This document shows positions 1 through 10,400 of a stretch of DNA of 64,000 nucleotides, piece after piece. A model generated the notes under the pieces. The model saw only the letters and a list, made by a program, of their open reading frames with translations, was not told where the DNA came from and made no database searches. Position numbers and translations under genes: made by a program. The stretch comes from a virus. The stretch lies in the IMG/VR virus record IMGVR_UViG_3300031132_000002; one strand, given 5' to 3'. Each line of letters opens with the position of its first letter. Within the stretch, counting starts at the first letter, position 1.

Positions 1-1
1 T

Positions 2-274
2 GGTGTTGACTATGACATTCGTATTCGTTGGAACACCCGAGATGAATCCTGGCAACTGTTCTTTGGCCCTTCTGGTGACGAAGCAGTTATCACATTCAAA
101 GCCACAAACGGATTAGATCTTCTTGCCCCTTACAAATACCTTGAAGGAGTGCCAGATGGTCAACTCTACTTGGTAGACACAGTTAAAATCAATGGACGCC
201 CAGACTTTTACGGTACGGGGATCGATATGAGATTTTGTCTTATGTACATTGATGCGGTACAGGATCAAGACTAA
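2..274 (+). CDS. 5'-truncated small baseplate protein
   Basis: Open frame GVDYDIRIRWNTRDESW...QDQD*; stop overlaps next ATG (TAATG); sits just before the baseplate hub. Confidence 0.7.
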   Translation, partial: GVDYDIRIRWNTRDESWQLFFGPSGDEAVITFKATNGLDLLAPYKYLEGVPDGQLYLVDTVKINGRPDFYGTGIDMRFCLMYIDAVQDQD

Positions 275-1287
275 TGCCGGATATTAAAACTAACGCTGTT
301 GCTAACTTAAATCACAGTTATAAACTCCTGATTGGTCAAGCAACAGATACAGCTAAAAAGACAAACGCCAACGGTACGTTTACTTCTAAGATCGATCTAG
401 ATACTAAACTAGCATCAACTAAGAAGTCAAGTGGAACGTTGAAGTTACTCACAGAACATCAGATCACTTTTAACGTTAAGAAAGATAATAATAAAGATCC
501 TAATAAGGCATCAATTATTATTTACAACTTATCTGACGACACAGTGAACTACATCAACAACAGCATCCGTAACAACTTAGCAGTGGCATTGGCTGTAGGT
601 TATCAAGGACAAGAAGAAGTGCTGATCTTTATCGGCACTGTCCAGTGGGTAAGTGATGTATGGAAAGGAACGGATAGACTGACAGAGCTACACTGTGTAG
701 ACGGCGGTATTAACATTTCTTTGGCAAACACAAGCCGTAGTTATCCGAAAGGAACTAAGATTTCAAAAGTCATTAAAGATATTGCCGGAGACTTGGGTAC
801 AAACTCAGGTAACTTGAGCATCGATAGTGACGCTGCGATTTCTAGTGCGAGTCATATGTGTGGTAACTCTTCCGAATATCTGGAGAGCTTATGCAAGAGC
901 ATTGACCACAACGTATCGATCCAAGATGGATCTGTTTATATCACACCACGTTCTCAGCGACAAGAGAAAAGAAGTGCATACATCAGCCCAGACACAGGAT
1001 TGATCGGAAGTCCTCAGCCTTTCCACAACGATATCAAACCAACTAAGAAAGTAACCAAAAGCACTTCGAAGAAAGCTAAAAAGCCAACTGACGGTGTTAC
1101 TTTCAAATGCCAGATTAACGGTAATATTCTGCCCGAGAAAACAGTATACCTAAAGTCCAGAAGTTATGACGGATATTTTAAAGTGGTTACGGTAACTCAC
1201 TCAGGAGACTACGAAGGTAAGGATTGGATCTCCGAAGTTGAGGCAGTCTCTGTTTCTGGTATCATCAATAAATCTACAACGGGGTAA
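274..1287 (+). CDS. Baseplate hub protein (Mu gp44/T4 gp27-like)
   Basis: Motifs PNKASIIIYNLS, SIQDG, TGLIGSP, VTHSGD typical of myophage hubs; synteny. Confidence 0.8.
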   Translation: MPDIKTNAVANLNHSYKLLIGQATDTAKKTNANGTFTSKIDLDTKLASTKKSSGTLKLLTEHQITFNVKKDNNKDPNKASIIIYNLSDDTVNYINNSIRNNLAVALAVGYQGQEEVLIFIGTVQWVSDVWKGTDRLTELHCVDGGINISLANTSRSYPKGTKISKVIKDIAGDLGTNSGNLSIDSDAAISSASHMCGNSSEYLESLCKSIDHNVSIQDGSVYITPRSQRQEKRSAYISPDTGLIGSPQPFHNDIKPTKKVTKSTSKKAKKPTDGVTFKCQINGNILPEKTVYLKSRSYDGYFKVVTVTHSGDYEGKDWISEVEAVSVSGIINKSTTG

Positions 1288-1290
1288 TAG

Positions 1291-2022
1291 ATGGATTCTC
1301 TAAACATCGTTACAGCTTTGCGTGGATTGATTAAGAACCAAATCTCTGAGGTGCATACGTCTCTGCCTGTACGTGTTACAGGCGTTGACTATGACGCTAA
1401 AACAGTGGTACTTGAGTCGGTTGTGAAAAATACAAAAGACTCAGAAAACGAGATCAACTATCCTACCTTTTACGATGTGCCAATGGCAATCAACGGAGGA
1501 GGAACAGGACGAATTTCTTTTCCCACGAAAGCTGGAGATGTTGGAGTTTTAATCTTCTCTGAAAGAGATCCATCTAACGCATTGCAAACAGACGGGAGCA
1601 CGGCTTCCAGTGCAACACTAAATCAACCTTGTGGATTATATCCTGTAGCCTTCATCCCAAAAATTACTATGGGAGGAGACTCAACCGAGAGTGTTGATCC
1701 AGATAAAGTTGTACTTAGCAATAACAAACAAAGTTATGTTTCACTTTCACCCGATGGTGAGATTGAAGCGAGGAATGCTCAAGGAATGCTGGTAAGAGTT
1801 GACTCCTCAGGTATTCACTTAACAGATGGTGTCGGTACGCTAGATCTGGCTGGTGGTAATCTAACCTTTAAAGGTGGAACCGCCAATATTAATGGTATGA
1901 CTGTTGACTCAGCAGGTAACGTTAAAGATGCTAACGGCATTGGCTTGAATACGCATACTCACCCTGTAACAGGAGTGCAGACAGGAAGTAGCACAATCGA
2001 TACTAACACAGCACAAGGATAA
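1291..2022 (+). CDS. Baseplate central spike (gpV/gp138-like)
   Basis: N-terminal OB-fold-like HTSLPVRV..GDVG, beta-repeat region, C-terminal HTH iron-binding motif (THTHPV). Confidence 0.85.
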   Translation: MDSLNIVTALRGLIKNQISEVHTSLPVRVTGVDYDAKTVVLESVVKNTKDSENEINYPTFYDVPMAINGGGTGRISFPTKAGDVGVLIFSERDPSNALQTDGSTASSATLNQPCGLYPVAFIPKITMGGDSTESVDPDKVVLSNNKQSYVSLSPDGEIEARNAQGMLVRVDSSGIHLTDGVGTLDLAGGNLTFKGGTANINGMTVDSAGNVKDANGIGLNTHTHPVTGVQTGSSTIDTNTAQG

Positions 2023-2028
2023 TCATCA

Positions 2029-2646
2029 ATGGGGATTGCCTTCGATTTAAAGTTAGATACTTCTAACGATATTACAATTGGAGACGATGGTGATTTAGTA
2101 CTGACGACAAAAAGATCCGAGATGTGTATACAGACACTGAGCATCACCTTGAATACGTTTCAGGGTGAATGGTTTCTGAATACAAACTTCGGTATTCCAT
2201 ATATTCAGCAGATTATTGGTGTTGCTAGGAAGAAAGAGACCGTAGATAAGATCTTCCTTGCAGCCCTTGCAGAAAATACATATGTGGATGCTATCGTTAG
2301 CTATACATCATCTTTCGACAGAGATAACAGGTACTACAGTATCCAGGCAGCAGTTCAGGTCGCAGAGGAGGTGGTTTCAACAACCTTTAGCACCAGACCT
2401 TCTGATGAATACTATTACCCAACACCAAGCACAGAATCAACTGTTACTTGCTCCAAGTACACCTTGGAACCTTACGCAGGTGAGCTATACTACTTTGAGA
2501 ACATCGATGGTCTACCGTTCAATACCTACGCTACGTGGTGGAATGAGTGGTCAGGATCTGAGATCACTGAGATTGTATACGTTACTGACGAACAAGGTCA
2601 AGTGTTACTTACAAGTAGTGGTGCGAACTTGGAAATCACAAATTAA
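2029..2646 (+). CDS. Baseplate wedge / sheath initiator (gp46/gp25-like)
   Basis: LNTFQGEWFLNTNFGIPY motif; synteny. Confidence 0.75.
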   Translation: MGIAFDLKLDTSNDITIGDDGDLVLTTKRSEMCIQTLSITLNTFQGEWFLNTNFGIPYIQQIIGVARKKETVDKIFLAALAENTYVDAIVSYTSSFDRDNRYYSIQAAVQVAEEVVSTTFSTRPSDEYYYPTPSTESTVTCSKYTLEPYAGELYYFENIDGLPFNTYATWWNEWSGSEITEIVYVTDEQGQVLLTSSGANLEITN

Positions 2647-2649
2647 TTA

Positions 2650-2670
2650 AGGGGGCTTGCCCCCTCTTTT
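2650..2670 (+). terminator. Intrinsic terminator
   Basis: GGGGGC-TT-GCCCCC hairpin followed by TCTTTT. Confidence 0.6.
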
Positions 2671-2684
2671 AAAAGGAAGCTATA

Positions 2685-3635
2685 ATGGCCTCATCAGTAA
2701 GAATTTCACAACTACCAGAGTCAGGCAACTTAGCTGATACTGATTACCTGCTGGTAGAAAAGACAGACAGAACAACGAAGACAAGCATTGGTTATATGGT
2801 AACAAACTTGAAGCTGGCTAAGCTGACAGATTATAGTGCCAGTTCAGGAGCAGGGCTTGTGGGAACAACCGCAGGCGTGACTGTACAATCTGCTATCACC
2901 TCTTTACAAAGTGCAGACACAACACTGACAAACAGTATTTCTGCATTGACCACTAGAGTTAAGACAAATGAGACAGATATCTCATCGCTGAAAAGCAGCA
3001 CGTCCAGTAACTCAAGTTCTCTAAGTGAACTATCTAGTCGTGTAAGCAGTGCAGAGACTTCTATTACATCGCTTTCAGATACGAGTGTTCAGCAGGATTC
3101 AGATTTAGTGGCAATCAAGAGCAACATCTCAGGGCTTACATCCAAAACAGATCAAACTGATAGTGATGTTACTGCCGCAGTTGTTCGTATTAGTACATTA
3201 GAGTCTGGCCTGACTAATACAAATGATAATGTCGAGAATGTTACCACTAGCGTAACTGCCTTGCAAGACCGTTTTGTAGAAGTGCCGGAGATGATTGAGT
3301 ATAAGGTAACAGATACTGGTGGATATAAGATCTTCAAGAACGGAAGTATGCTTTCTTGGGGTAGAGTTGTCCCTACATCAGGGCAGACAGACGTAACCTT
3401 TACCAAGGCTTATTCTACAGCACCAAATGATATTCAGTTAACAACTGAAACAGGGAGCGGTGCCTCAAGCGGTGCAGTTCTGGCGACAACTATTCTTGTG
3501 ACCGATAGTGTTACAACAACAGGCTTCTCTGTTCGTTCTCTCCAGGTTGATTCAGGTACTGTAGGTAATTCTACTTCTCCTTTCCACTGGAGAGCAGAAT
3601 ACACGCCAACAGGTACGCTGATCCCTACAACATAA
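2685..3635 (+). CDS. Coiled-coil fibre/whisker protein with fibre-tip-like C-terminal domain
   Basis: VRISQLP N-terminus, long heptad Ser/Thr coiled coil, GYKIFKNGSMLSWG...FHWRAE tip. Confidence 0.7.
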   Translation: MASSVRISQLPESGNLADTDYLLVEKTDRTTKTSIGYMVTNLKLAKLTDYSASSGAGLVGTTAGVTVQSAITSLQSADTTLTNSISALTTRVKTNETDISSLKSSTSSNSSSLSELSSRVSSAETSITSLSDTSVQQDSDLVAIKSNISGLTSKTDQTDSDVTAAVVRISTLESGLTNTNDNVENVTTSVTALQDRFVEVPEMIEYKVTDTGGYKIFKNGSMLSWGRVVPTSGQTDVTFTKAYSTAPNDIQLTTETGSGASSGAVLATTILVTDSVTTTGFSVRSLQVDSGTVGNSTSPFHWRAEYTPTGTLIPTT

Positions 3636-3638
3636 GGA

Positions 3639-3667
3639 TTGACTTTTTAGGACAAGGATGTTATGAT
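3639..3667 (+). promoter_or_regulatory. Sigma70-like promoter inside the tail operon
   Basis: TTGACT-N17-TATGAT. Confidence 0.6.
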
Positions 3668-3681
3668 ACAGGTTGACAATA

Positions 3682-3924
3682 ATGAAAAAGTTTTTTATCG
3701 GTATGTTTTGTACCTACCCTGGGAATAAGATCAGCAGCACTAAAGTCTGGAACTTTATTGGACTTTCAGTAATGACTGGAATGTTTATTTACTTGGGAAT
3801 CAAAAAGGACATTCCTGAATGGATGGGATGGACTTACGTATTTATGATTACTCCATCAAGGCTTATGAAAAATCTTATTGATCTACGTTGGGGTAGAGTA
3901 TCATCTTCTAAAGGAGAAGAATAA
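3682..3924 (+). CDS. Small two-TM membrane protein (holin-like)
   Basis: Two hydrophobic segments and a charged C-terminus; ATG at 3682 preferred over TTG 3673. Confidence 0.55.
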   Translation: MKKFFIGMFCTYPGNKISSTKVWNFIGLSVMTGMFIYLGIKKDIPEWMGWTYVFMITPSRLMKNLIDLRWGRVSSSKGEE

Positions 3925-5408
3925 TGGCAGATTATGGTTTAACTGACGCAGGGTTTGTAATTCCTACGTTTGACGATATCTTAGATCGTTATGTAACAGC
4001 ACTACAAAATACTTTCGGAAGTGATGTAGCCACATCAGAAGATACTGTCTTCGGTCAGTTATTCCGTATTGTAGCCTACACAGACTACACCCTTTGGGAA
4101 GGAATGCAAGGAGTCTACAACTCCCAAACCCTGAACGGTGCAGAAGGTACATACTTGGATGACCTGTTCGCTAAGCGTGGCTTGACTCGTCAATCAGCTA
4201 CAGCAGGTAGTGGCTTTGTTTATGTCAAGTCAACAAGCAAGGCATTGTGGACTGCATCTTTGGACACAGACACATATTTTACCGCAGATAATGATCTATC
4301 ATACTACGTCTCAAGTAAGACTCTGCTCAATGCTTCCATTGCAGCATACACTCTTACTAAAGCACAAGCTACCAGTGCAGCAGATCAAGTTACGTTCTAC
4401 ATTCAAAACACTCTGGATGGTGGTTTAAACTCCATCACTCTTACATCATCGTCTAACACATTTATGTCTGACCTGGTTACTTTTATTCAGGCTAACGTAG
4501 CATCAGCGGATAAGAGCCTTGTCAGTACTAAAGATGGCGTTTTGTATGTGGGTTTCAATACCGCAGACTACACCAATCCTGTAGGGCTGTCAACTGCAAC
4601 TAAGTTCTATGCTACAGTAAGTATTGGTACAAAGTGGAGCCTGATTCCAGTAGCTGCCTCTGAAAAAGGATATAATCCAGTAAGTACAGGCGGTATTACG
4701 GGTATCTCATCTACTTTCACCGGATACTCTGCGACAGGTAACTTCACTGCTTTCAGCACTGGTACGGATGTTGAGACAGATGCTGAATTCCGTTCTCGCT
4801 TCAATGATAACCAAGACGAAGCAAACGCTGCCACACGTCCGGCTATTATTTCGGCTCTGCTGAACGTTCCTGGCGTGACAAAGGTTAGAGTATATGACAA
4901 CCCTACTTCTGTAGATCAGAACTACGCTCCAGCATTCACCTTCAACACAATCGTGTACGGTGGAGATGCAGAGACAGTGGCGCGTACCATCTACGAGAAG
5001 AAGCCAATCAACACTCTTACTTATGGTACTGTTGCAACGACAATTACCACAGAAGACGGTGGAAGTGAGATCATCAAGTTCACTCCAGGAAGTACCCGAG
5101 AGTACTCAGTAAAACTGGTTTACACTACAGCCTCAGGGAAAGTACTTACCACAACAGAGAAAGCTAACATTACCACAGCACTACGTGATTTGGAAGCATA
5201 CTTTGAGATTGGTAGTAAAGTAACTAATGATCAGATGAAAGGTGTTATTTACAACGCACTGGATTTTGGACGCTTGACTTACCTTGCTGTTTATGTTAAA
5301 CTAAGTAGTGAAGATGATGGAAGTTACAATAATGGTGACATTGAACCAGCATATAGCGTTGTACCATCTTTTGACACGAGTAACATCTCATACGAATACA
5401 AGGACTAA
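3924..5408 (+). CDS. Baseplate J-like wedge protein
   Basis: YGLTDAGF N-terminus, GTDVETDAEFRSR, VPGVTKVRVYDN motifs. Confidence 0.88.
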   Translation: MADYGLTDAGFVIPTFDDILDRYVTALQNTFGSDVATSEDTVFGQLFRIVAYTDYTLWEGMQGVYNSQTLNGAEGTYLDDLFAKRGLTRQSATAGSGFVYVKSTSKALWTASLDTDTYFTADNDLSYYVSSKTLLNASIAAYTLTKAQATSAADQVTFYIQNTLDGGLNSITLTSSSNTFMSDLVTFIQANVASADKSLVSTKDGVLYVGFNTADYTNPVGLSTATKFYATVSIGTKWSLIPVAASEKGYNPVSTGGITGISSTFTGYSATGNFTAFSTGTDVETDAEFRSRFNDNQDEANAATRPAIISALLNVPGVTKVRVYDNPTSVDQNYAPAFTFNTIVYGGDAETVARTIYEKKPINTLTYGTVATTITTEDGGSEIIKFTPGSTREYSVKLVYTTASGKVLTTTEKANITTALRDLEAYFEIGSKVTNDQMKGVIYNALDFGRLTYLAVYVKLSSEDDGSYNNGDIEPAYSVVPSFDTSNISYEYKD

Positions 5409-5410
5409 AA

Positions 5411-6058
5411 ATGACTACCAATGTTGACCACGTAACTGTGTGGACGGACATTGTAGCTGACGTTAAAGATTTGCTTATTGAGGATTTTAAGTCATCTGAG
5501 AATATTGTCAAGTTAACTTACATTATTTCAGAGTCTAAGGCAAAGATAGATCAGGCAATGATCTATCTAGCCAAGCATCGACTTATTAGCACTGCCTCTG
5601 GAGCTTACCTCGACGAACTAGGGAAACAGTTAGGTGTTGACAGACAAGACTCAAATGACGATGAATATCGTGCTGTATTGCAAATCAGAGCATACCGCGT
5701 AACATCTGCTGGTAGTCGTCCTAACATTATTGAAGTTTTCTCGCGTTTCACAGGTTTGGAATCCACAGAAGTAAATACTTATGTAGGCTTACAAAAGTCC
5801 TTTGATATTGCTTTCTATAGTAGCTGTTTAAACGAGTCAGTTGCAGTAGAAGAACTAGAAAAGCTATTCCCTGTTGTATCATCTTATAGACTTTTAAGCA
5901 AGGGTGGTACTCCGTTTATTTTCGGTAGTGTTTACGATGACACAGATATGAGTCCAGACGGCGATAACGGGTTTGGTTCAATCACAGATAGTCAGAGCAA
6001 AGACTTCGCCGCAGGATATGGTGGAAGATTAGCTTCCCTATTAGCCGCCACTAAGTGA
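5411..6058 (+). CDS. Baseplate wedge protein (gpI/DUF2612-like)
   Basis: TASGAYLDELGKQLGVDR..DDEYR motif; follows the J gene. Confidence 0.8.
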   Translation: MTTNVDHVTVWTDIVADVKDLLIEDFKSSENIVKLTYIISESKAKIDQAMIYLAKHRLISTASGAYLDELGKQLGVDRQDSNDDEYRAVLQIRAYRVTSAGSRPNIIEVFSRFTGLESTEVNTYVGLQKSFDIAFYSSCLNESVAVEELEKLFPVVSSYRLLSKGGTPFIFGSVYDDTDMSPDGDNGFGSITDSQSKDFAAGYGGRLASLLAATK

Positions 6059-6067
6059 GGATTTTAA

Positions 6068-7012
6068 ATGGCTGCACCAACTTATTACCCAATCTGGGCT
6101 GAGCAAGATCAAAACCTGCCAGCTACAGGTGAGCCAAATAAGGATAGACCTAAGACAACCCTCCGCACAATTGGTTGGGATAAAGGTCAGATTCCTTCGG
6201 CAGAAGAAATGAACTGGATGTTAAATAACGTCTACCTTTGGATTAAATATTTCGACTCAGAACTTATTCCAGTTGGTTTGCGTAATGATAACACAAAGAT
6301 TACATTAGCTGGAGAAGTCACAGGTACTGCTACTTTTAGTGGAACCAATGAACTCTCTATTACAACTACAGTTGCCGCTTCTAGCGTTGCAACAACTGCA
6401 AATACCTTGGTACGCAGAAATTCAGATCAATCGATCCGTGCAGGAGATATTTACTCATACGCAACAAGTTCATCTGATAGTGCCAGCTACTTCTTAGTTG
6501 ATCCTAGTGGAGTAGAGTACGGAGAGATGAGCGCCGCGCCAGGTGCAGCAGGGGCAGTATTCATCCTTAGTAAAAACCCTGTTAACGGTGCAGTAGTATC
6601 TTCTATTTATTTGCAGTCAGGATACATCACTCTGACCTCTCCTCGTAGTTCTACTGGACAAGAGACAACGGGGGCTGCGCTGGTGCGTTATGATACTTTC
6701 AGTGCTAACGTATCTAACTTGCAGAATAGCATCAATACTGTAAACTCAAACCTGACAAACTCCATTAACACAAATGTTAATAACTTGAGTGCTGCTATAA
6801 ACCAGCTTAGAAGCGATGTAGCAAGAACCTATGTTACTAACATCCGTCTTGTTAATAGGGCAGGTTGGGAAGTTGGGGGAGATGCTTATGAGTATGCTAA
6901 CGGTTATGTCGTAACTACAGGGGGAGACTTCGGTGCCTCAAACGGTTACTATCTTGGACGTCAGTTACAGTACCAAATTAACGGCAACTGGTACACAGCA
7001 AACTACGGATAA
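6068..7012 (+). CDS. Tail fibre protein
   Basis: GWDKGQIPSAEEMNW attachment motif; C-terminal LQYQINGNWYT. Confidence 0.85.
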   Translation: MAAPTYYPIWAEQDQNLPATGEPNKDRPKTTLRTIGWDKGQIPSAEEMNWMLNNVYLWIKYFDSELIPVGLRNDNTKITLAGEVTGTATFSGTNELSITTTVAASSVATTANTLVRRNSDQSIRAGDIYSYATSSSDSASYFLVDPSGVEYGEMSAAPGAAGAVFILSKNPVNGAVVSSIYLQSGYITLTSPRSSTGQETTGAALVRYDTFSANVSNLQNSINTVNSNLTNSINTNVNNLSAAINQLRSDVARTYVTNIRLVNRAGWEVGGDAYEYANGYVVTTGGDFGASNGYYLGRQLQYQINGNWYTANYG

Positions 7013-7014
7013 TT

Positions 7015-7443
7015 ATGCATAAGAATTTCCAAAAGTACATTCCAGAAGACCCCTTTTTAAGGGGTTTATCTACTGATCATAACATTGCATTTCTTCGTGA
7101 TGAAGATGGTGTTGATTATTATGACTTAGCTAAGACACTGGACACTACTAAATATACAGTAATGCTGTGCAAGAACAATATTGTGCGCAGTTACGATAAA
7201 GACCCTAATGTTATTTTTCCAATTCCAGAAGGTCATCTGTTACAAGTGGATGATTTAAATAACATTGATTATTTATCAAAGTATGACCCAGAAACAAAAA
7301 CGTTTTCACCTTTCGTCCCTAAGCCTTCTCTGGATAAACTACTCAGTCAACTTAAAGTTGCGGAGATCAAGAAGGAGTTAGGGGATTCCTCAGTTGACCA
7401 AGAGATTACATCTCTTAAGAGACAGATTGTAGATATTTCATAA
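7015..7443 (+). CDS. Tail fibre assembly chaperone (Tfa-like)
   Basis: KNFQKY...LRDEDGVDYYD motif directly after the fibre. Confidence 0.7.
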   Translation: MHKNFQKYIPEDPFLRGLSTDHNIAFLRDEDGVDYYDLAKTLDTTKYTVMLCKNNIVRSYDKDPNVIFPIPEGHLLQVDDLNNIDYLSKYDPETKTFSPFVPKPSLDKLLSQLKVAEIKKELGDSSVDQEITSLKRQIVDIS

Positions 7444-7453
7444 GGAGATTGTA

Positions 7454-7792
7454 ATGAACTGGAGCGACATTTGGGGCATTGCAAAAGACGCAATAATTCC
7501 TCTCGTAGGGATTATCGGGGCTTTCTTTAAGCAAAAGATTGACAAACTTGAAGAAGATATTGAAGAGTCCCAACAATCATACAGAGAGTTAGAGAAGAAA
7601 GTTGTATTTGTCGAATCTACTTATGCTACTAAAGCTGAGCTGACACAAATGTTGAACCAGATTAACTCAACCCTGATGAACAACAACACGACATTGGAGC
7701 AGAAAATCGAAAAGATTATGGATCTTAAGAATGCACCAATCAAACTTATGCTTGAAGAAGTTTATAAGCGCCAACGTACTAAGGATAATTAA
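7454..7792 (+). CDS. Single-TM plus coiled-coil protein (holin/antiholin-like)
   Basis: N-terminal hydrophobic segment then coiled coil; RBS AGGAG. Confidence 0.55.
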   Translation: MNWSDIWGIAKDAIIPLVGIIGAFFKQKIDKLEEDIEESQQSYRELEKKVVFVESTYATKAELTQMLNQINSTLMNNNTTLEQKIEKIMDLKNAPIKLMLEEVYKRQRTKDN

Positions 7793-10368
7793 TGGCTACT
7801 AACTTTCCAACATATCCGTCAACTACATTTGAGCAAGCCGTTGAGCTTGCCATCTTCTCGGCAAACCAATTGCATAACGTTATCAACGGAGATGCAACGT
7901 CTACCGTAGAAAGTGAAGACGGTGACATTCCATCGCTGAGATATGCGCTGGTAAACAACTTCTACTTCCGTTCACCTATTGCTTGGTCGGAAGGAAACAC
8001 TGCTGTAGTATTCAACCAGTTGTATTACTTCACGTCATTAAATGATCGTGTATCTGGACTATACTACGCCCCGTCAGCAACTGCAACAAACCCGATCACT
8101 TTAGGATCTAGCCCTATTGGAGATCCTAATTTTGTAATATACACTGCTACTGCAAATATCAAGCCTCTTCCTTTCACGAAAGATAAAGAGATTTCTGCCT
8201 ACGGTCGTATCTATTACAAAACCAATGACAGAGGAATCGATAGCTCTTACGCCTATATCGGTACAGCTATCCCTTATGTTACTACAGCAGACTCACCAGA
8301 AGCAGACCAGAGCGGTGTATGGTCAGCATCAAACCCTACAGGTATCTGGTTGAAACTAGGGGAAGCAAACTCATACGATCTATTCTCTGCTAAAGATGGT
8401 GAGAAATACATTGGTAGCGCAGCGAACATTTCTGATTTACGTACTATTGAGCCTACTGTCCAAGGTCAACGTGTTTGGCTGAGAGAGTATGCCTCTAACA
8501 CAGGCCGTGGTCAAGGATATTTCATCTATAATGCTAACGACACTACATCCGTAGATGACGCTGGATACATTGTAGTGACCGCAGGTGGTAAGCGTTGGAA
8601 ACGTGACCTTGAACCAGAACAACTGCTTGTAACGCATTACGGTGCGCTTATGGATGGTACAACAGATGATATGCCCGCCTGTAAGAGAATGTACACAGGT
8701 ACAAGGAACTTAGGCTCAGCTAACGCCATTGGTATTCGTCTGCCAGCAGGTAAGATTGCTCTAAAAAGTACATTCAACGAAAGTGGATCTACAGAGCAGC
8801 CAATCTTCTCTATTAAAGGGCCAGCAGTTGATTACGGGGTTAACCCTAAAGTTCAGGTTTACTTCTTGGACAAGACTTCAACTACACCTGTGTTCCAGGT
8901 GAATGCTCGTCGTACAGAGGTTACTGGTTTGCACCTTCAAGGGGCTGGAACTACAACTCCATTCTTCAAGAACGTGTGTCCGGCAGGTCAGTATTACCGT
9001 GTTAAGAACATCCGTTGTAACAGTACAGGTGGAATGGTATTTGAACTTCTTGATACCATTGATACAGCCTTCGAGCAAATTTATTGCTACAGCATTACGG
9101 GCGGCTTCCTTCGTGCGGGATGGACTAACACCAAAACTGGTGCTTGGGATCACTCAACAGCGATTGAAATCTCTAACTCAAACTTCTCAAGTGGGAAGAA
9201 AATCGAAGCTATTACAGCGATTCGTGCTGGTCAGTGTATTATGCGTAATACTTGGTTCAGTAATAACGAATACACCTTTGATATTTCTCAGGGTGGTTGG
9301 CTGTTTGATACGGTAATTATGGAGAACTCAACTTACCCAGGTAAGACTAAGTACTCTAAAATCATCCAGATCAACTGTCGTTTCGCTCAGGGTGCTACTA
9401 TGGATGATACATTATCTGGTTACACTAAAGATATGGATCTTGTCAATGGTGGTAGTGGTAACATTCCTTCTTGGGTAGGTAACAGTTATGACCAAGGTAA
9501 GGTACGTATCAACCTATTAGGTAGTTACTTCGACGGGCCATTAGCCGCAAGATTTACGTATACCGAGCAGTACCTGGATAACGGAAATAGCGCAGCAACT
9601 TGGTTTGACTTAGGGAAGATTACTCTGCAAGGACTAGGTAGAACAGCACATATCAAAGTAACAGGTATGCGTGGTTGGGATTCAGTGAGTGACGGGCCTA
9701 AGATGCCAGCACACACAGCCTTCGGTGGTGGTGAAGCCAATATCTACTTCGAGCTTAAGTACCCTAATAGTTCAGGAACTACTGCGGGTCAGTTACACTG
9801 GCACGGTACAGATGGTTGTCCTGTAACCGCAGTTAAATATGTTCATACTTGGCAGAGCATCCAGCTTTATGTACAGCTTGCGCCATACGCTCTCCACGCT
9901 TCGGTCTTTATGACTCTGAACGGTACTGTACGTATCGCAACGGGGAACCCAGCATACACTGTATGGTCAGGGGCAGAGATCTCAGAAGCAGAGTTGAATG
10001 CAAAGACGAACATTACTACTGCACCTTGCAGATGGTCAATCAACAAAGGGGATTATAACGGTAACGGATTCGGTATGGATATTGATGCTGGTATGCTACA
10101 GTACCACGGTGCCACTACCGCAGAAGCTGCTGCTACCTCATTACCAATCTACATTAACGGTTCACAGTATAACATTCCACTGAACCCACTAACATCTTCT
10201 ATGCGTATCCCACGATACACAGTAGACACTATGCCTTCTCCATCGGCTAACGTGTACGGAATTGTGCTTTGTACGAACACGATTCTTTCTCCTGCTGCAC
10301 AGTTGATGTATAGCGATGGAACCAGATGGTTTGCCACAAGCGGAAACGCAAACTGGAAAACTGCATAA
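7792..10368 (+). CDS. Tailspike / EPS depolymerase (beta-helix, AmsF/WceF-like)
   Basis: Virion-attachment N-terminus (QLHNVINGD..VESEDGDIPSLR), DDAGYIVVTAGGKRWKR, HYGALMDGTTDD beta-helix start, WDHSTAIE motif. Confidence 0.8.
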   Translation: MATNFPTYPSTTFEQAVELAIFSANQLHNVINGDATSTVESEDGDIPSLRYALVNNFYFRSPIAWSEGNTAVVFNQLYYFTSLNDRVSGLYYAPSATATNPITLGSSPIGDPNFVIYTATANIKPLPFTKDKEISAYGRIYYKTNDRGIDSSYAYIGTAIPYVTTADSPEADQSGVWSASNPTGIWLKLGEANSYDLFSAKDGEKYIGSAANISDLRTIEPTVQGQRVWLREYASNTGRGQGYFIYNANDTTSVDDAGYIVVTAGGKRWKRDLEPEQLLVTHYGALMDGTTDDMPACKRMYTGTRNLGSANAIGIRLPAGKIALKSTFNESGSTEQPIFSIKGPAVDYGVNPKVQVYFLDKTSTTPVFQVNARRTEVTGLHLQGAGTTTPFFKNVCPAGQYYRVKNIRCNSTGGMVFELLDTIDTAFEQIYCYSITGGFLRAGWTNTKTGAWDHSTAIEISNSNFSSGKKIEAITAIRAGQCIMRNTWFSNNEYTFDISQGGWLFDTVIMENSTYPGKTKYSKIIQINCRFAQGATMDDTLSGYTKDMDLVNGGSGNIPSWVGNSYDQGKVRINLLGSYFDGPLAARFTYTEQYLDNGNSAATWFDLGKITLQGLGRTAHIKVTGMRGWDSVSDGPKMPAHTAFGGGEANIYFELKYPNSSGTTAGQLHWHGTDGCPVTAVKYVHTWQSIQLYVQLAPYALHASVFMTLNGTVRIATGNPAYTVWSGAEISEAELNAKTNITTAPCRWSINKGDYNGNGFGMDIDAGMLQYHGATTAEAAATSLPIYINGSQYNIPLNPLTSSMRIPRYTVDTMPSPSANVYGIVLCTNTILSPAAQLMYSDGTRWFATSGNANWKTA

Positions 10369-10398
10369 TAAAAAAGGAGCCGAAAGGCTCCTTTATTT
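10369..10398. terminator. Bidirectional intrinsic terminator between convergent operons
   Basis: AAAAAAGGAGCC-GAAA-GGCTCCTTTATTT. Confidence 0.85.
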
Positions 10399-10400
10399 GT

